A stretch of 64,000 nucleotides of DNA from Nitrospirota bacterium. GTDB taxonomy: Bacteria > Nitrospirota > UBA9217. The stretch covers positions 128,001-192,000 of the forward strand of contig CAVTRN010000001.1 in assembly GCA_963737155.1 (NCBI GenBank), in the 5' to 3' direction. The notes under the pieces are model-generated. The model ran no database searches, was not told the DNA's origin, and saw nothing but the letters and a program-made list of their open reading frames with translations. This document shows, one piece after another, positions 18,257 through 28,340 of this stretch; positions within the stretch are counted from its first letter, which is position 1; the number at the start of each line of letters is the position of its first letter. A program made the translations under genes and the position numbers.

Positions 18257-18378
18257 TCAACCTGTATTTTCACGCATATTTCTAGCGCACGTGAGTGCAG
18301 GATTTCAGGTGAAGTTTGAGTTTCATGTAATATTAGCGAATGTACAAAATTCATTTTGTATCATTGCATTTTGTAGCG
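18257..18378. repeat. Dispersed repeat, copy R3
   Basis: TTAGCGAATGTACAAAATTCATTTTGTATCATTGCATTTTGT. Confidence 0.7.
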
Positions 18379-18594
18379 TGGCCAAGCCCAAGGACGGTGA
18401 TGCATGGGCATGTGTTGCAGTAGTCGACATAACATTGAAGGAGGTTGATACAAAGTTTATTTGTGTATCATACGACTTGGGAAAAGTGGCATGCGCCATA
18501 ATCAATAGTGGCTTGCCTGCTTATTTCGTCGACAAGCTGAGGCATAGGCATGATGGCATTAGCGGATGAAACGGTGCGGTAATAGGGGCAGCTT

Positions 18595-19023
18595 ATGGGA
18601 AAGACAAAAGTGTTATTTGTCGATGTTCACAACAGCGCTCGAAGTCAGATGGCAGAGACGTTTCTCAACGCCTTGGAAGAAGAGAAATACGTCGCAGAAA
18701 GCGCGGGATTGCAGCCTGAAGAGTTGAATCTGATTGTCGTTGAGGTCATGAAGGAAGTCGGGTTTGATATCTCCGGGAAGAAAACGCAAAGCGCCTTTGA
18801 CTGCTTCAAGGCGGGCAAGCGATATAACTACGTGATTACGGTCTGTGATGAAACAAATGCCGAACAATGCCCCATATTTCCGGGATTTACGAAGAGGCTT
18901 CACTGGAGCTTTTCTGATCCCTCACGGTTGCAAGGAAGCCATGAAGAAAAGATCAAGGGGACAAGAATAATCAGAGATCAAATAAGGGCCAGAATAGAGG
19001 AATGGCTCTCGCAGGAACAATAA
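18595..19023 (+). CDS. arsC: LMW-PTP-fold arsenate reductase-like protein with the nucleophile Cys replaced by Asp
   Basis: VLFVDVHNSARSQMAE, SAG, VITVCD...CPIFPG, HWSFSDP, RIIRDQI. Confidence 0.8.
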   Translation: MGKTKVLFVDVHNSARSQMAETFLNALEEEKYVAESAGLQPEELNLIVVEVMKEVGFDISGKKTQSAFDCFKAGKRYNYVITVCDETNAEQCPIFPGFTKRLHWSFSDPSRLQGSHEEKIKGTRIIRDQIRARIEEWLSQEQ

Positions 19024-19231
19024 AAAAAGGGAAAAGTGGTAGATTGATTATGGGCACCACTATGACCACACGGCTTTCCTTCAAGACGACACATGTTCGC
19101 ACGGATCTTGAACAGAAAAAAGGTTGCTGAGAATCGCGCTCCTCATGCACTTGTTACAATTATCATCCACTATTGTGAATAGATATTTCGTCAACACGGT
19201 TGCAGACCGGTAGGTGTATGTGATTTTTGTA

Positions 19232-19365
19232 TAATATTTGCGAAAATGCAAATGCCATATTGTATCATTGCATTTTGTGATAAGGTTTTCTCTCATAGCA
19301 GCTTCCTGAAGCAAACGAATTTCCACTCTTTGCATTAATGTAAGTACAACTTGAAATTCTCATAC
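19232..19365. repeat. Dispersed repeat, copy R4
   Basis: Core TTGCGAAAATGCAAATGCCATATTGTATCATTGCATTTTGTGATAAGGTTTTC; right arm matches 26582-26675. Confidence 0.7.
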
Positions 19366-19591
19366 TTCCGTCCTTAAAATGCCACCTGAACTAACCCTCT
19401 GGAATCATTGCAATGATTGCGCATAAGGTATATATTCGTAAATAAGCATAGCTATTAATGTGCCATATTCATTGCTAAATTGAATAACATCGGATTTATA
19501 ATATAATCGAATCCGTTCAATCAACCGAGTTGGTAATCTATGCGCTGATGTTCAAGTAAAATGGACAATTATATCAAAGGAGAGATTTGCC

Positions 19592-20437
19592 ATGACTGAC
19601 CAATTAGGGGAAAATATCATTACACCAACTTGACCGCCATCAGGCGGCACTGGTAGTTGCCGACTAGATAACGTCAAGAAACTGTCTCTGGAATCATCCG
19701 CAGATTTGCAGGAGATCAGGAAAGCAGTACGCTATAAATACGCCGAAGTATCTATTTCGGCAGAGGGGAAGTTCCAATATCTCACAGGTAAGGACGGAGC
19801 AAAGGCCTTGGGATATGATCCCGCCATGATTGAAAGCGCCCACGCTCGGTTCTTTGAATCATCGTGCGGCGTCGGCAATCCATTCTCTTTAGGCAATATC
19901 AGACTGGGAGACGTCATTATGGATTTTGGGTGCGGCGCGGGTTTTGACCTCTTTGTTGCGAGAAAGCTGGTTGGTGAAAGCGGTCGGGTCTACGGAATAG
20001 ATTTAACGGAAAACATGGTATTGAGGGCACGAGAGAATCTCACCCTCGCGGGCATTACGAACTTTGAGATCAAGAAAGTTGATTCAGAAACCATACCCTA
20101 TGATGATAATTCCTTCGATGTCGTGATATCAAACGGTGTCATCAACCTTTCACCGAATAAAGAAACTACTTTCGCGGAGATATATCGAGTTCTTAAGCCA
20201 GGCGGAAAACTTCAGTTTGCCGATGTTGTCCTGGACAAAGAGCTGCCTGCGTCTTTCGCAGGAAGTGCTGATGCGTGGTCGCAGTGAATCGGCGGCGCGG
20301 TCCCGGTCCGGGATCAAATTAGATTACTGGAAGGAGCAGGTTTCAAAGAAATTGAATGGATGGGAATGACAGGCTTCCGTACATCACAATATACAGTCGG
20401 AGCATTGTTTAGGGCAAACAAGACACGTATAGTATAG
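19592..20437 (+). CDS. ArsM-like SAM methyltransferase, predicted selenoprotein with two Sec (281 aa)
   Basis: AAAGGAG RBS and ATG at 19592; in-frame TGA at 19631 and 20285, each followed 11 nt later by a SECIS-like hairpin; CGVGNP, DFGCGAG, VISNGVINL, WSQ-U-IGGA aligning with the ArsM C-terminal catalytic Cys; TAG at 20435. Confidence 0.85.
19645..19662 (+). promoter_or_regulatory. Bacterial SECIS element 1
   Basis: CGGCACU-GGU-AGUUGCCG, 11 nt after UGA 19631. Confidence 0.7.
20299..20315 (+). promoter_or_regulatory. Bacterial SECIS element 2
   Basis: GGUCCCG-GUC-CGGGAUC, 11 nt after UGA 20285. Confidence 0.8.
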
Positions 20438-20493
20438 CTGTCGTGATTATAAGATATATTATGACTCTCCGCTCGCTGTATCAAGTGCATATT

Positions 20494-20620
20494 CCAACTT
20501 GTGTTCGTTGTTATTGCACTTCGCCGAAACTCGTTTGCTTGTAGGTGCAACTCGGAGAAACGTGGTTTGTAAAAGCGATGAATGCATTTAAAGTATGTGA
20601 TCAAACGTCCTTCCTGAGCT
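20494..20620. repeat. Dispersed repeat, copy R5 (left arm)
   Basis: CAACTTGTGTTCGTTGTTATTGCACTTCGCCGAAACTCGTTTGCTTGTAGGTG matches 9524-9577; also shares TCCTGAGCT. Confidence 0.6.
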
Positions 20621-20764
20621 CAACGATATCCGTATTGGTTTTCAGAGAACATTTTGAATTCGTTAGCCTCTACCATAAATGTGTGTTCATTAATAGTTAC
20701 GTAGGTTTATACTCCGGGTAAACACTTATTTCACTCTTCTTCAAGTATAAGGGAGGCATATCAC

Positions 20765-23596
20765 ATGACTTGGCAACAGATGACTTCACGGATATGGAAA
20801 AGGTATTTAATTGCCATACTTATCGTTGCTGCGGCCAGTGCAATACGTGAAATGCTTTTCGAAAGTTTTGGGAGAGGAACTGCCTACCTGACATATTATC
20901 CGGCCATTCTGATCGCTTCTGTCTTCGGAGGCTTGATTGCTGGTTTACTTGCAACAGCCCTTTCAGCGGTGTTTTCTTATTTTTGGATCCTAAAGGGATT
21001 TCAGTCTCTCACTGAAGAGCTAGGAATGGGGTTCTTCATAATCAACTGTCTGATGATCTGCAGTATTGCCGAGTTCATGCGGCGTTCGAATGTCCGGGCA
21101 AAGGAGTTACAGTTGAAAGCCGAAGCTTCGGAAAAAGCCAAAAGCTCGTTCCTCCTGGAATTAGAGAGACTTAATATAGAGCTCAAGAAAAAGACGATGG
21201 ATATGGAGGATGCACAACGCCTGTCGGGCATCGGAAGTTGGATGTATGATCCAGTTATCAAGCAGCTTGAATGGTCAGACGAAATGTTTGACATTTGGAG
21301 ATTGGATCCCGCACTTGGCCCACCCGACTTTCGTGATCTCCAGAAATATATTCATTCTGAGGATTTCCCAAGGTTTGATGAAGCGGTAAAAGAAGCCGTC
21401 GAGCACGGTAAACCATATAATATAGAACTTGGTATCAGTCGTCCCGATGGTGTCGAAAAGATGATTAGCGCTATCTGTGAACCGCAGTATGACGCGGCCG
21501 GTAAATTAATGGGGCTAAGGGGCACCAATCAGGACATTACAGAGCGCAAGCAGGCTGAAGAGGAAATTAACCGAAACTATAATACGCAAGTAGTTATAAA
21601 TTCATTACTGCGCCTCTCCCTAGAAAGGATCCCGCTTGAGGATATTCTTAGCCGCGCCCTGGAACTTATCCTCTCGATCCCCTGGCTTGTCTCTCAATCG
21701 AGAGGTAGTATATTTCTTATTGAAAATGACCCTGAATTATTGATTTTAAAAGCCCAGAGGAATCTTGACGAGAGAATTCAAAAAGTGTGTGCACTTCTCC
21801 CCATAGGCAAATGTCTTTGCGGACGGGCTGCCTTAACACAAAACATAGTATTTGCCGATAGCATTGATGAGCGCCATGAAATCAGTTACGACGGCATCTA
21901 TCCACATGGCCATTACTGTGTCCCTATTATCTTCGCCAAGAAGGTACTCGGGGTGATAAATGTCTATGTGAACAGTGGGCATAAACGTAATGAACGAGAA
22001 GAAGAATTGCTCATAACAATCGCGAACACATTGGCAGGGATCATCGTACGCAGGCAGGCGGAAGATTCGCTCGTAGAAAGCGAACAAAAATTACAGGCCA
22101 TCACCGATACGGCCTCCGATGCCATTATCTTGATCGATCATGACGAAAAGATCATCTATTGGAATACGTCTGCAACCAGAATGCTCGGTTATGAGCCAGA
22201 GGAGATCATGGGGAAAAACATCATGATCATCATGCCTCTCCGGTACAGAGAAACGCATGCGCGGGCGTTTAAGAAATTCATAGAAACCGGCCAGGGTACC
22301 TTGTTTGGGAAGACGTATGAAGTTTTTACAGTCAAGAAAGACGGCACCGAAATTCCGGTCGAGCTGGCCGTTTCGGGCATCAGCCTCAATGGTGAGTGGC
22401 ATGCGGCAGGGATCATCCGTGATATCTCGGAGCGGAAAATACTTGAGGGCCAGCTAATGCAAGCTCAGAAAATGGAGGCGGTTGGCCAGCTTTCAGGAGG
22501 AATCGCCCACGATTTCAACAATATTCTTACGGTCATTATAGGCTATGGAAACATCCTCCAGATCAAGATGAAAGAAGATGATCAGCTTCGTTCCCATGTC
22601 GGGCATATACTCGAAGCAGCCGGCCGTGCGGCCAGCTTGACCCAAAGCCTTCTGGCGTTTAGCAGACAACAGATTTTAAACCCTCGCCCACATGATCTGA
22701 ATGAGATTATTCGACGTGTGGAAAATCTTTTACGGAGAGTCATCGGAGAGGACATTGATCTCCATACTACCCTCAAACATGTAACCTTGACGGTTAACGC
22801 GGACAGCGGTCAAATCGAACAGGCTTTGATGAACCTCGCAACCAATGCAAGGGATGCAATGCCACATGGAGGCTCCTTAGCTGTAGAGACCGATGTAACA
22901 GAGCTGGACAATGCCTTTATCCGGGGATATGGTTATGGTGAGGTGGGAACGTATGCTGTTGTATCGGTAAAAGATACAGGGACAGGAATGGACAGCGTTA
23001 CTCAGAAGCGGATTTTTGAACCTTTCTTTACAACCAAAGAGTTGGGGAAAGGAACCGGCCTCGGGCTTGCGATGGTATACGGAATCGTAAAGCAGCATCA
23101 CGGGTTCATCAATGTTTACAGTGAACCTGGTAAAGGAACCACATTTAAAATATATTTGCCCCTCATTGATACAAAGCTTGAAGAACTGAAGCTTCCGACT
23201 AATATTCCCGAGGATAAACTGCCACATGGCTCGGAAACCGTACTTATCGCAGAGGATGATGAAACACTCCGGCTGCTTTTTAGATCTGTGCTTACCGAGT
23301 CTGGTTACCATGTGATCGAGGCAGAGAATGGTATTGAGGCTGTAATAAAATTTATGAATAACAAGAACATGATTAAGATCGTCCTCCTGGATATTATTAT
23401 GCCTAAGAAAGGCGGAAAAGAAGCGTATGAAGAGATAATAAAAGTTCGGCCTGACGTTAAATTTCTCTTAATGAGCGGCTATACCGCTGACATTAAGATT
23501 GCCGAGGAACTCCGTCGGAAAGGTGTCGAATTCATGTTAAAACCCATTTCACCAAGGGACCTCCTTAAACGCGTCAGAGCATGTCTTGATTCATAG
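20765..23596 (+). CDS. Membrane hybrid sensor kinase (DUF4118-PAS-GAF-PAS-HisKA-HATPase-REC)
   Basis: GGIAHDFNN, NARDAM, DTGTGM, FFTTKELGKGTGLGL, receiver LLDIIMP. Confidence 0.93.
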   Translation: MTWQQMTSRIWKRYLIAILIVAAASAIREMLFESFGRGTAYLTYYPAILIASVFGGLIAGLLATALSAVFSYFWILKGFQSLTEELGMGFFIINCLMICSIAEFMRRSNVRAKELQLKAEASEKAKSSFLLELERLNIELKKKTMDMEDAQRLSGIGSWMYDPVIKQLEWSDEMFDIWRLDPALGPPDFRDLQKYIHSEDFPRFDEAVKEAVEHGKPYNIELGISRPDGVEKMISAICEPQYDAAGKLMGLRGTNQDITERKQAEEEINRNYNTQVVINSLLRLSLERIPLEDILSRALELILSIPWLVSQSRGSIFLIENDPELLILKAQRNLDERIQKVCALLPIGKCLCGRAALTQNIVFADSIDERHEISYDGIYPHGHYCVPIIFAKKVLGVINVYVNSGHKRNEREEELLITIANTLAGIIVRRQAEDSLVESEQKLQAITDTASDAIILIDHDEKIIYWNTSATRMLGYEPEEIMGKNIMIIMPLRYRETHARAFKKFIETGQGTLFGKTYEVFTVKKDGTEIPVELAVSGISLNGEWHAAGIIRDISERKILEGQLMQAQKMEAVGQLSGGIAHDFNNILTVIIGYGNILQIKMKEDDQLRSHVGHILEAAGRAASLTQSLLAFSRQQILNPRPHDLNEIIRRVENLLRRVIGEDIDLHTTLKHVTLTVNADSGQIEQALMNLATNARDAMPHGGSLAVETDVTELDNAFIRGYGYGEVGTYAVVSVKDTGTGMDSVTQKRIFEPFFTTKELGKGTGLGLAMVYGIVKQHHGFINVYSEPGKGTTFKIYLPLIDTKLEELKLPTNIPEDKLPHGSETVLIAEDDETLRLLFRSVLTESGYHVIEAENGIEAVIKFMNNKNMIKIVLLDIIMPKKGGKEAYEEIIKVRPDVKFLLMSGYTADIKIAEELRRKGVEFMLKPISPRDLLKRVRACLDS

Positions 23597-23839
23597 TATC
23601 CGCAGAATAACCTGTTCAAGAAGTTTGGTTAATAGTGAAATTAGGAAAACAATATCCTGTTAGCAGCACGGGTTGCCAACGCGTTGATGGTGATAAATCC
23701 AACTATCACTCATGGCTATTTCAGCATTGATAAGATTATGCCATCTACCCCGTCTTTCCCTTGCAGGGTACTACTGGTGGTTTTTGCCCTCATCAAGATG
23801 TTGGCAGTGCAAGCCAGTAGGTGGAATAGAGTTTCGTAT

Positions 23840-23965
23840 CAAATTAGCGGGGGTGCAGAATTATTTTTATGTTAGTGCATTTTGTGATAAAGTTTTCTAT
23901 CATCAACTTCCTGGAGTCTATGGCAGTTGCACTTTTTGGAAATTGAGGACTTCACGTTGAAATGG
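23840..23965. repeat. Dispersed repeat, copy R6
   Basis: TTAGCGGGGGTGCAGAATTATTTTTATGTTAGTGCATTTTGTGATAAAGTTTTCTATCATCAACTTCCTGG. Confidence 0.65.
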
Positions 23966-24385
23966 TCAGCATAGGGTTAAACTCGAACCCATCCGATCGT
24001 AACCTTCCCCGCGGAGTACATCCCCTTGGCGAACAGATTTCTTTTATCGCATCTTATCTAATATTCGCACAAGATATTAGTATTGCTCATCGTGCTGGAT
24101 TTTGAGTTTCAACAATAACTGTGTAGGGGAGTTTCAGGTAAAGCAATACTCCAGAAAATCGGCGTATCAAGGACGTGTGGCTGCCGAAACGTCGCATTGA
24201 TGTATATTAACTAAAGTGTGTGGGACTAGAGATCGAGGCGTATTTGCAATAGTGACACTGCTACAACGACCGGGCATTGCGGGTGGCAATAAGAAGTTCC
24301 ATAATTAAAAAGAGGCAATGGTCGGAGCCTAGAAAATACATAAGTAGCCTGATCATGAAGTATACCTTATTACAATTGTGAAACC

Positions 24386-25033
24386 ATGCAGATAATCGAG
24401 TGTGAATCCGGAATTCAGGCTACGATCATGCCGGGTGAATATTATGCCACCGACAGGAACGTGATGATACGTACATTGCTCGGATCGTGCGTGGCAGCCT
24501 GTCTGTTTGATCCGGAGAGCGGAGTCATCGGGATGAATCATTTTCTCCTGAGCAACCGCCGGTATGCCAAGAACCTGCCGGTTTGCCTGAGTGAAGCGGG
24601 GAAATACGGCATCCATGCCATGGAACTGCTTATTAACGAGATGCTGCAAAAAGGTGCGAAGCGGCGAAACTTACGCGCCAAGGCTTTTGGTGGCAGCACG
24701 ATGTACCGGGTGTCGGCGACGCGAGATAATTTTTTCTGTGTCGGCGAAGTCAACGTCCGCTTTATCCGCGAGTTTCTAAAAAACGAGGATATACCGCTGA
24801 TTGCGGAGGACCTTGGCGGTGAGATCACGCGGGTCATCCATTTTATGCCCGAAGATTATTCGGTCCATGTGAGAATAACCCGCAAAGCATCTGCGTCCAC
24901 CATCAACCAGGAAGAATGGCAGTTCTGGAAAAAAGAGCATAAATGCCCAGGAAAGCTCCAAACCGCAAGTCGACCTCTGGGAGTAGTTTTCAACAGGCCT
25001 TTAAAAAAGACTCCATATATCCTGCGTTATTGA
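24386..25033 (+). CDS. cheD: Chemoreceptor glutamine deamidase CheD (C-terminus possibly frameshifted)
   Basis: PGEYYA, TLLGSCVAACL, GMNHFLL, AKAFGG, EDLGG. Confidence 0.9.
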   Translation: MQIIECESGIQATIMPGEYYATDRNVMIRTLLGSCVAACLFDPESGVIGMNHFLLSNRRYAKNLPVCLSEAGKYGIHAMELLINEMLQKGAKRRNLRAKAFGGSTMYRVSATRDNFFCVGEVNVRFIREFLKNEDIPLIAEDLGGEITRVIHFMPEDYSVHVRITRKASASTINQEEWQFWKKEHKCPGKLQTASRPLGVVFNRPLKKTPYILRY

Positions 25034-25516
25034 ATGGCAAGCTCATATGCATTCGGAGAAATGGTTGTTTATTGTAGGCAGTGTGATAATTCTCGTTCCA
25101 TCTCGCATTATAGATAGCAAAACCATAAAATCCTTGACTGGCAGATATTTTTTCGTGATAATGTACTGCTACCCTGCGACTCCCTTACCTGCGATTTAAA
25201 ATCCAAGCCTGGACATTGCAGGCGTGCGAATATGTTACTGAACGTTAGCAGGGTGATCAAGGTTTTACACTACACGTGGTTTGGCAAGACCTGATGCTTA
25301 TGCACGACAGTCTGCAACATTCGACAGTTGCTTGATTACCCAATGCTTTTGCCTGCATGCTATACTCTCGCTTGCTTCTTTCCTGCTCTTGATCCGAGGG
25401 AATATGAAAGTTGCTTGATAAAATAATCAGCATGCCTGAAATGGCGGGTACAAGAGCATGATAAAACTCTGAGAAGCATATGACCTTGCACCAATCTAGG
25501 CGATTTTTCCTGGACC

Positions 25517-26383
25517 TTGTTCATGAGAAGAGGAATCGGAATTAACATGCCACTCGTGCTCAATACAAACATCGATGCGCTGGTGAATAAGAAAATAAAG
25601 GGGAAAATTGCGCGGATCGGCGGCACCGTAAATCAACTCCTGCAATATGAAGGATGCACTGTGGAAGATATTAATCTTCTAGACGGAGGGTATGGCATCA
25701 TAGCGGAAATACAGAATGCCGGTAATCTTTACCAGATGTACAGATCGATTAAAAAAATTATGAAACAGGAGGTCAGATTTTTTAAGAAAGGGCATCGTAT
25801 GCCGCGAGACAGGAAGACGCTTATTTTAGATCTGCATAAAGCGTATCTGCAAAGCGGTCTTTCAGCCAAATATGACTGCTCCATTTCGAGTAATTTAATT
25901 GAACATTCGCCGAATCCCATTCTTCTCCTATTGAATTTTTATTACATAACGAAAGAGGGCGGATATCAGTATCATGCGATTCCCCATTATAAATATACAT
26001 TCGACATGTACAGAAATCCGACAACTATTGAGCATTTAATCGCGGATTTTGAAAGCATGACGACTGACGCGGATTCATCGCATCGGGAAGACTATAGACA
26101 GTCGGCTGTGGTCAAACACGGATGGCAAAGAGATTTTCACAAAAAATATCCAATGTCCTATCCTTATATGCATTATCATGTCTTTGATGAAGTGAATGTA
26201 AGGCAACTGGCTGACTTCATGTTTGAAGATGTTTGCAATGATATCCTTACGGATGACGAATTTTCCGATAATGTCGTGATCTTTCGTAACACATTAAACG
26301 ATAACTTTTGCAGACGATTTGCAAAACTTATTGACTTTTATCTGGGCAAACAACGAGTCTCGCATGATGCACCAAACGCCTAG
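25517..26383 (+). CDS. Putative SAM-dependent methyltransferase-like protein
   Basis: SSNLIEHSPNP, HYHVFD; long ORF. Confidence 0.55.
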   Translation: MFMRRGIGINMPLVLNTNIDALVNKKIKGKIARIGGTVNQLLQYEGCTVEDINLLDGGYGIIAEIQNAGNLYQMYRSIKKIMKQEVRFFKKGHRMPRDRKTLILDLHKAYLQSGLSAKYDCSISSNLIEHSPNPILLLLNFYYITKEGGYQYHAIPHYKYTFDMYRNPTTIEHLIADFESMTTDADSSHREDYRQSAVVKHGWQRDFHKKYPMSYPYMHYHVFDEVNVRQLADFMFEDVCNDILTDDEFSDNVVIFRNTLNDNFCRRFAKLIDFYLGKQRVSHDAPNA

Positions 26384-26581
26384 ATTTACAAAAGACGCGT
26401 TTTAAAGTAACCCTATTCTCATCGACGTCGATAAGCTACCTAGTGCACATGCTCTGGTCCGCACGGATGTAAATATTTTCTCGCATCCATCATTGACCTT
26501 ATTCCACTTAGTGAGCAAAGTGAATAATTCGGCTCAAGGAATCCCGCGGTTTCACTAAAATTGATCCGGCCAAAGTGGAAT

Positions 26582-26675
26582 TTATGACAAGGTTTTCTAT
26601 TAATTTCTCCTTCCTGGTAGCAAACGAGTTTACATTCCTTGCAAGAGTGTGATTTACAACTTGAAATTTTCATAG
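26582..26675. repeat. Dispersed repeat, copy R7 (right arm; overlaps minus-strand Cys-rich ORF 26440-26673)
   Basis: CTTCCTGGTAGCAAACGAGTTTACATTCCTTGCA...TACAACTTGAAATTTTCAT aligns with 19302-19363. Confidence 0.65.
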
Positions 26676-26739
26676 CTCCCCCCGGAAAGAAGTGACGAGA
26701 ATCACATCCTATAGAAGTTGACTCTGATACACTTCCAAT

Positions 26740-28080
26740 ATGAAACGGATGCTAACAGATCAATTCTATGAAGAGACTACATCTACCTCACCGCATGGCG
26801 AAGATATGGTCAGGTGTTCAGAGATCTTCTATTCCTTAATACTCGTACTTCTCGTTTTAGCTCCATCCGCCTGCAAGGGTAGCGGTTCCAACGGGACCAT
26901 GCCAGCCACCGCGACCATGACGGTGCCTGTAATCTCTGCCTTTACTGCCTCTCCCTCGGTCATTGCATCAGGACAGTCCACCCAATTGGCTTGGAACGTG
27001 AACAATGCCGATAGTCTCCTGTTGAATGGTATTGCAATTACAGGCGTGGTCACGAACATCAGTCCAGCGACAACCACCACCTATACCCTCGTAGCCTCAA
27101 ACAGCGCTGGCAGTACTTCCGCCTCAGCAACGGTCACAGTTGGCACTCTAACGTTGACCTATGGAAACATGAGTGCTGCGGACCTCGGCGCTGGGGCCAA
27201 CTTGAATGGCACCATTCCCTTTCCTGCAAACAATGCTTGGAATACAGACATATCAACAGCCCCCGTGGACACTAATTCAGGAACTCTTATCAGCAGTATC
27301 GGCCTTGGGACTGGGCTCCATCCTGATTTCGGATCGGGGTTGTACTCTGGTGCGCCAATTGGGATCCCCTACGTTGTTGTTTCAGATAGCCAACCTCTGG
27401 TTACCGTGCTATTCGTCTCCTATGCGGACGAAAGCGATCCTGGTCCATATCCCGTGCCGATGGACGCACCGATCGAAGGCCAGCAGGCTGACGGCTCAGC
27501 CTTCGGTGGCGACCGTCATGTGCTGGTAATTGATCGCGATGCAAATCTCCTGTATGAGTTGGCTAATGCCTACCCGCAGAGCAACGGGACCTGGCAGGCC
27601 AGCTGCGGAGCGGTGTTTCACATGGATTCAAACAATGTCCGTCCCAACGCACAGCCGGGTTGGACAAGCGCCGATGCAGCTGGCCTGCCCATCTTCCCGG
27701 GCCTTGTCCGTTATGAAGAAGCATCAAGCGGTGCGATAAGCCATGCCCTTCGTTTCACAGTTGACACTACCCGGCAAGCTTACGTGCCTCCTGCCACGCA
27801 CTGGGCTTCCAGCAACACGAGTCCTGATTTGCCTCCCATGGGGATGCGCGTGCGTCTGAAATCCGACTTTGTTATCCCTAATGGATTCAGCACGGAATCT
27901 AAAGCAATTCTCCAAGCGCTAAAGACCTATGGCATGTTTGTAGCCGACAATGGCTCCAATTGGTATATTAGCGGCGCTCCAGATTCCCGATGGAACAATG
28001 ATACCCTGGTTAACGAACTTGGCAGTGTGGAAGGGTCCAATTTCGAGGTCGTTCGCATGGATGGGTTGGTGACTCCTTAA
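26740..28080 (+). CDS. Exported lipoprotein, Ig-like N-domain plus conserved domain of unknown function
   Basis: Lipobox-like PSAC; ADAAGLPIFPGLVRY, HALRF, GMRVRLK, ALKTYGMFVADNG. Confidence 0.75.
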   Translation: MKRMLTDQFYEETTSTSPHGEDMVRCSEIFYSLILVLLVLAPSACKGSGSNGTMPATATMTVPVISAFTASPSVIASGQSTQLAWNVNNADSLLLNGIAITGVVTNISPATTTTYTLVASNSAGSTSASATVTVGTLTLTYGNMSAADLGAGANLNGTIPFPANNAWNTDISTAPVDTNSGTLISSIGLGTGLHPDFGSGLYSGAPIGIPYVVVSDSQPLVTVLFVSYADESDPGPYPVPMDAPIEGQQADGSAFGGDRHVLVIDRDANLLYELANAYPQSNGTWQASCGAVFHMDSNNVRPNAQPGWTSADAAGLPIFPGLVRYEEASSGAISHALRFTVDTTRQAYVPPATHWASSNTSPDLPPMGMRVRLKSDFVIPNGFSTESKAILQALKTYGMFVADNGSNWYISGAPDSRWNNDTLVNELGSVEGSNFEVVRMDGLVTP

Positions 28081-28340
28081 TTTATGTTGAATTTGGATTT
28101 CTAAACATAACAGATTCATCCCGAAGCGTCGAAGCTTCTATTCTCTGCAGGACATAAAATTACAACCCGTATCCATTAACATTATACTCAGAAAATACCC
28201 TACCATAATCAGCACAAAATCCCCAAAAACCCTTGACTGAAAATGTTCATTCTGAGATACTCTTCCCACCCACGTCGTTAATAAATTGCTTTATGCTGAA
28301 TAAAGGCTATTCGAAATAAAGAATACCAAAATGCATTAAT

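Noticed and set aside
19265-19267. Conserved TGA in the repeat-encoded peptide as selenocysteine
   Set aside because: It is TAA in copy R6 and has no SECIS-like hairpin at the proper spacing
9522-26675. Dispersed repeats as a CRISPR array
   Set aside because: Copies are degenerate and kilobases apart, with no regular spacers and no cas genes
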